DNA of 64,000 nucleotides from Trypanosoma brucei (Eukaryota): NCBI GenBank assembly GCA_000002445.1, contig CP000071.1, positions 32,001 to 96,000 of the forward strand, read 5' to 3'. Shown piece by piece: positions 62,593 to 64,000 of this stretch (position 1 is its first letter; each line of letters starts with the position of its first letter). The notes under the pieces were generated by a model. It saw only the letters and a program-made list of their open reading frames with translations, ran no database searches and was not told where the DNA came from. The position numbers and the translations under genes were made by a program.

Positions 62593-64000
62593 ATGAAAGC
62601 GATCGTAACAACAATAGGGACGCTATGGATACTCTCTGCGAATTGGGCAGACACAAACACAAACGCGGCGGACAACGAACCAGACTTCACCGTTCTCTGC
62701 AATATCCTCGACGTAGCTACAGGCAAACCGGCTCCGACCAACATACCAAATAAATGGCACAACCTGAGACAACAACTCACAGACATCAATATTAGTCTTT
62801 CCACAGGAGATTGGAAAAAGCACCTACTAGACACTGACGGCAATGTACAAGAGTGGACAAAAGCACAGAAAGCGGGTAAACTGCCAGAAGACTGGGCAAC
62901 TGAGTGGCCGACCTGGGCAGCCGCAGCAAAACGAACGGGCAAAGGTGGTGAAACGCATGACAAACTTCAAGCAAGTGGGATACCGTCATTAGACGACGAG
63001 CAGCGAGCGGATGCTGCACAACTAATACATCACTTGCTTAACTCCAGCCAACCACTCGTGGCTGCATTACAAGGCGTCTAAACAGCCGAAGCAGCAGCCA
63101 CACCTGCAGCTCTAGCAGAAGCGCTAGATCAAGCAGTCTACGGGGGCAAACCCGAAACGCACCCAGGCAAACAGGCGTCAGCGGCGGTAAGGGGTGGAGC
63201 GACACGTAACATCTGTGGCCAAGCCGGGAAGCTCGGCACAAGCCAAGCGCTAGCAGATGCCTTGCTTTGCCTTTGCTGGACAGAAACAGGGACAGCACCA
63301 ACAGGCGCAGGCGGCGTCTGCAGAAAGGGACTCGGCGGCACTTTGACCACAACGTGGAGCACAACATCAGCCGCCGTCAACACAGCTTATGCCCAAATAA
63401 AAGGGGCATGCAAACTACAGACAGGCCATACAATAACAGCCGCCAATATAGCTGAGGCGCTAGCAGCAGTTAAGCACAAAATAGCCCAGCACAAGGAAGG
63501 CAGTTACCTCGGAAGCTACGAAGGGGCGGGCAGCTGCGACGGCCAAAACGCCAACGGAGTCTGCATCAAGCACCCAGACTTTGCTGACAGAGGACACAAA
63601 GCTTTCGAGGAAATAGAATGGGTGAAAAAGCTTCGTTCAGTAGAGACTGCCTTACGCAAGCGAGAAGCAGCGGTGGCACGTGTCGACACTTTAACCACAG
63701 CGCTCGAAACGCAAACAGCTGCAGCCTGGCTTATACCACAACGCGCAAAGAGCAGACAACAAAAAAGGGAAGGTGTTTCCCCAAAACAGCACACATCAAC
63801 AGGCAATGGCAACAAACAACAAGCGGACCAGTGCGAAGCAATAAAGAAAGCAACTGAGTGCAAAGAAAAACAGCCAAACTGTGAGTGGCAAGGTAAAAAT
63901 GACGAGGATGGTCCACACTGCAAAGTAAATAAAACACACATAACAAAAGAAGCAGCTCAAACAGAAACAAATAGAGGAAATGAAGAGACAACAACAGACA
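62593..64000 (+). pseudogene. VSG: VSG (B-type N-terminal domain), single +1 frameshift at about 63080, runs off the window end
   Basis: 62593..63081 (signal plus NEPDFTVLCNILDVATG). From 63083 a different frame is open to 64000: TAEAAATPAALAEALDQAVYGGKPE...LADALLCLCWTETGTAPTGAGGVCRKG...CEAIKKATECKEKQPNCEWQGKNDEDGPHCKVNK... The ORF track misses it because there is no stop before the window end. Confidence 0.8.

Noticed and set aside
1..64000. Bloodstream VSG expression site
   Set aside because: There is no ordered ESAG series or promoter region. VSGs are numerous, tandem and mostly pseudogenes, and 70-bp tracts are short (1-4 copies) rather than the multi-kb tract of an expression site. This is consistent with a silent subtelomeric array.

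Overview
This window is eukaryotic (kinetoplastid), not prokaryotic. It reads as a Trypanosoma brucei-group subtelomeric silent VSG (variant surface glycoprotein) array.

VSG genes. Thirteen to fourteen VSG genes or pseudogenes lie head-to-tail on the + strand, spaced about 3 to 4 kb apart except where retroelements intervene. Each ends in one of two recognisable GPI-anchor signal classes:
- a 23-aa signal of the form ...CKDSSFLLNKKF...VVF
- a 17-aa signal of the form ...TTGSNSFVINKAPLLLAFLLF

Each VSG is followed by a conserved 3'UTR carrying the VSG 16-mer TGATATATTTTAACAC (perfect at 13451 and 38770, degenerate elsewhere). Most are preceded by tracts of the 70-bp repeat (core ...ATAATAGGAGAGTGTTGTGAGTGTGTATATACGAATATTATAATAAGAG...). 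Almost all are pseudogenes with frameshifts or in-frame stops:
- Only 33838..35268 is a single intact 476-aa ORF, and it has an abnormal C-terminal extension.
- Three others are one lesion away from full length: 30743..32023, 55463..56974 and 62593..>64000.

Retroelements. There are three non-LTR retroelements:
- Two degenerate ingi-related (DIRE-like) elements on the - strand at about 16447..21503 (plus 26331..~27060) and 45527..51213. Each carries fragments of endonuclease, reverse transcriptase, RNase H and C2H2 zinc-finger domains.
- One frameshifted ingi on the + strand at 21504..26330, nested inside the first DIRE. It has the conserved Pr77 5' signature and a 2A-like DVEENPGP peptide.

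Other content. At the 5' end of the window a 472-aa ORF fuses a beta-1,3-glycosyltransferase (T. brucei GT67-like) catalytic region to VSG-derived sequence.

I see no evidence of a novel multi-gene system. The interest is in the architecture: retroelement-occupied VSG slots, near-intact VSGs, and directly repeated DIREs bracketing seven VSGs. Coordinates of repeats and element ends are approximate (about +/-10 to 30 bp). All calls are from reading the sequence and ORF track, with no database searches.
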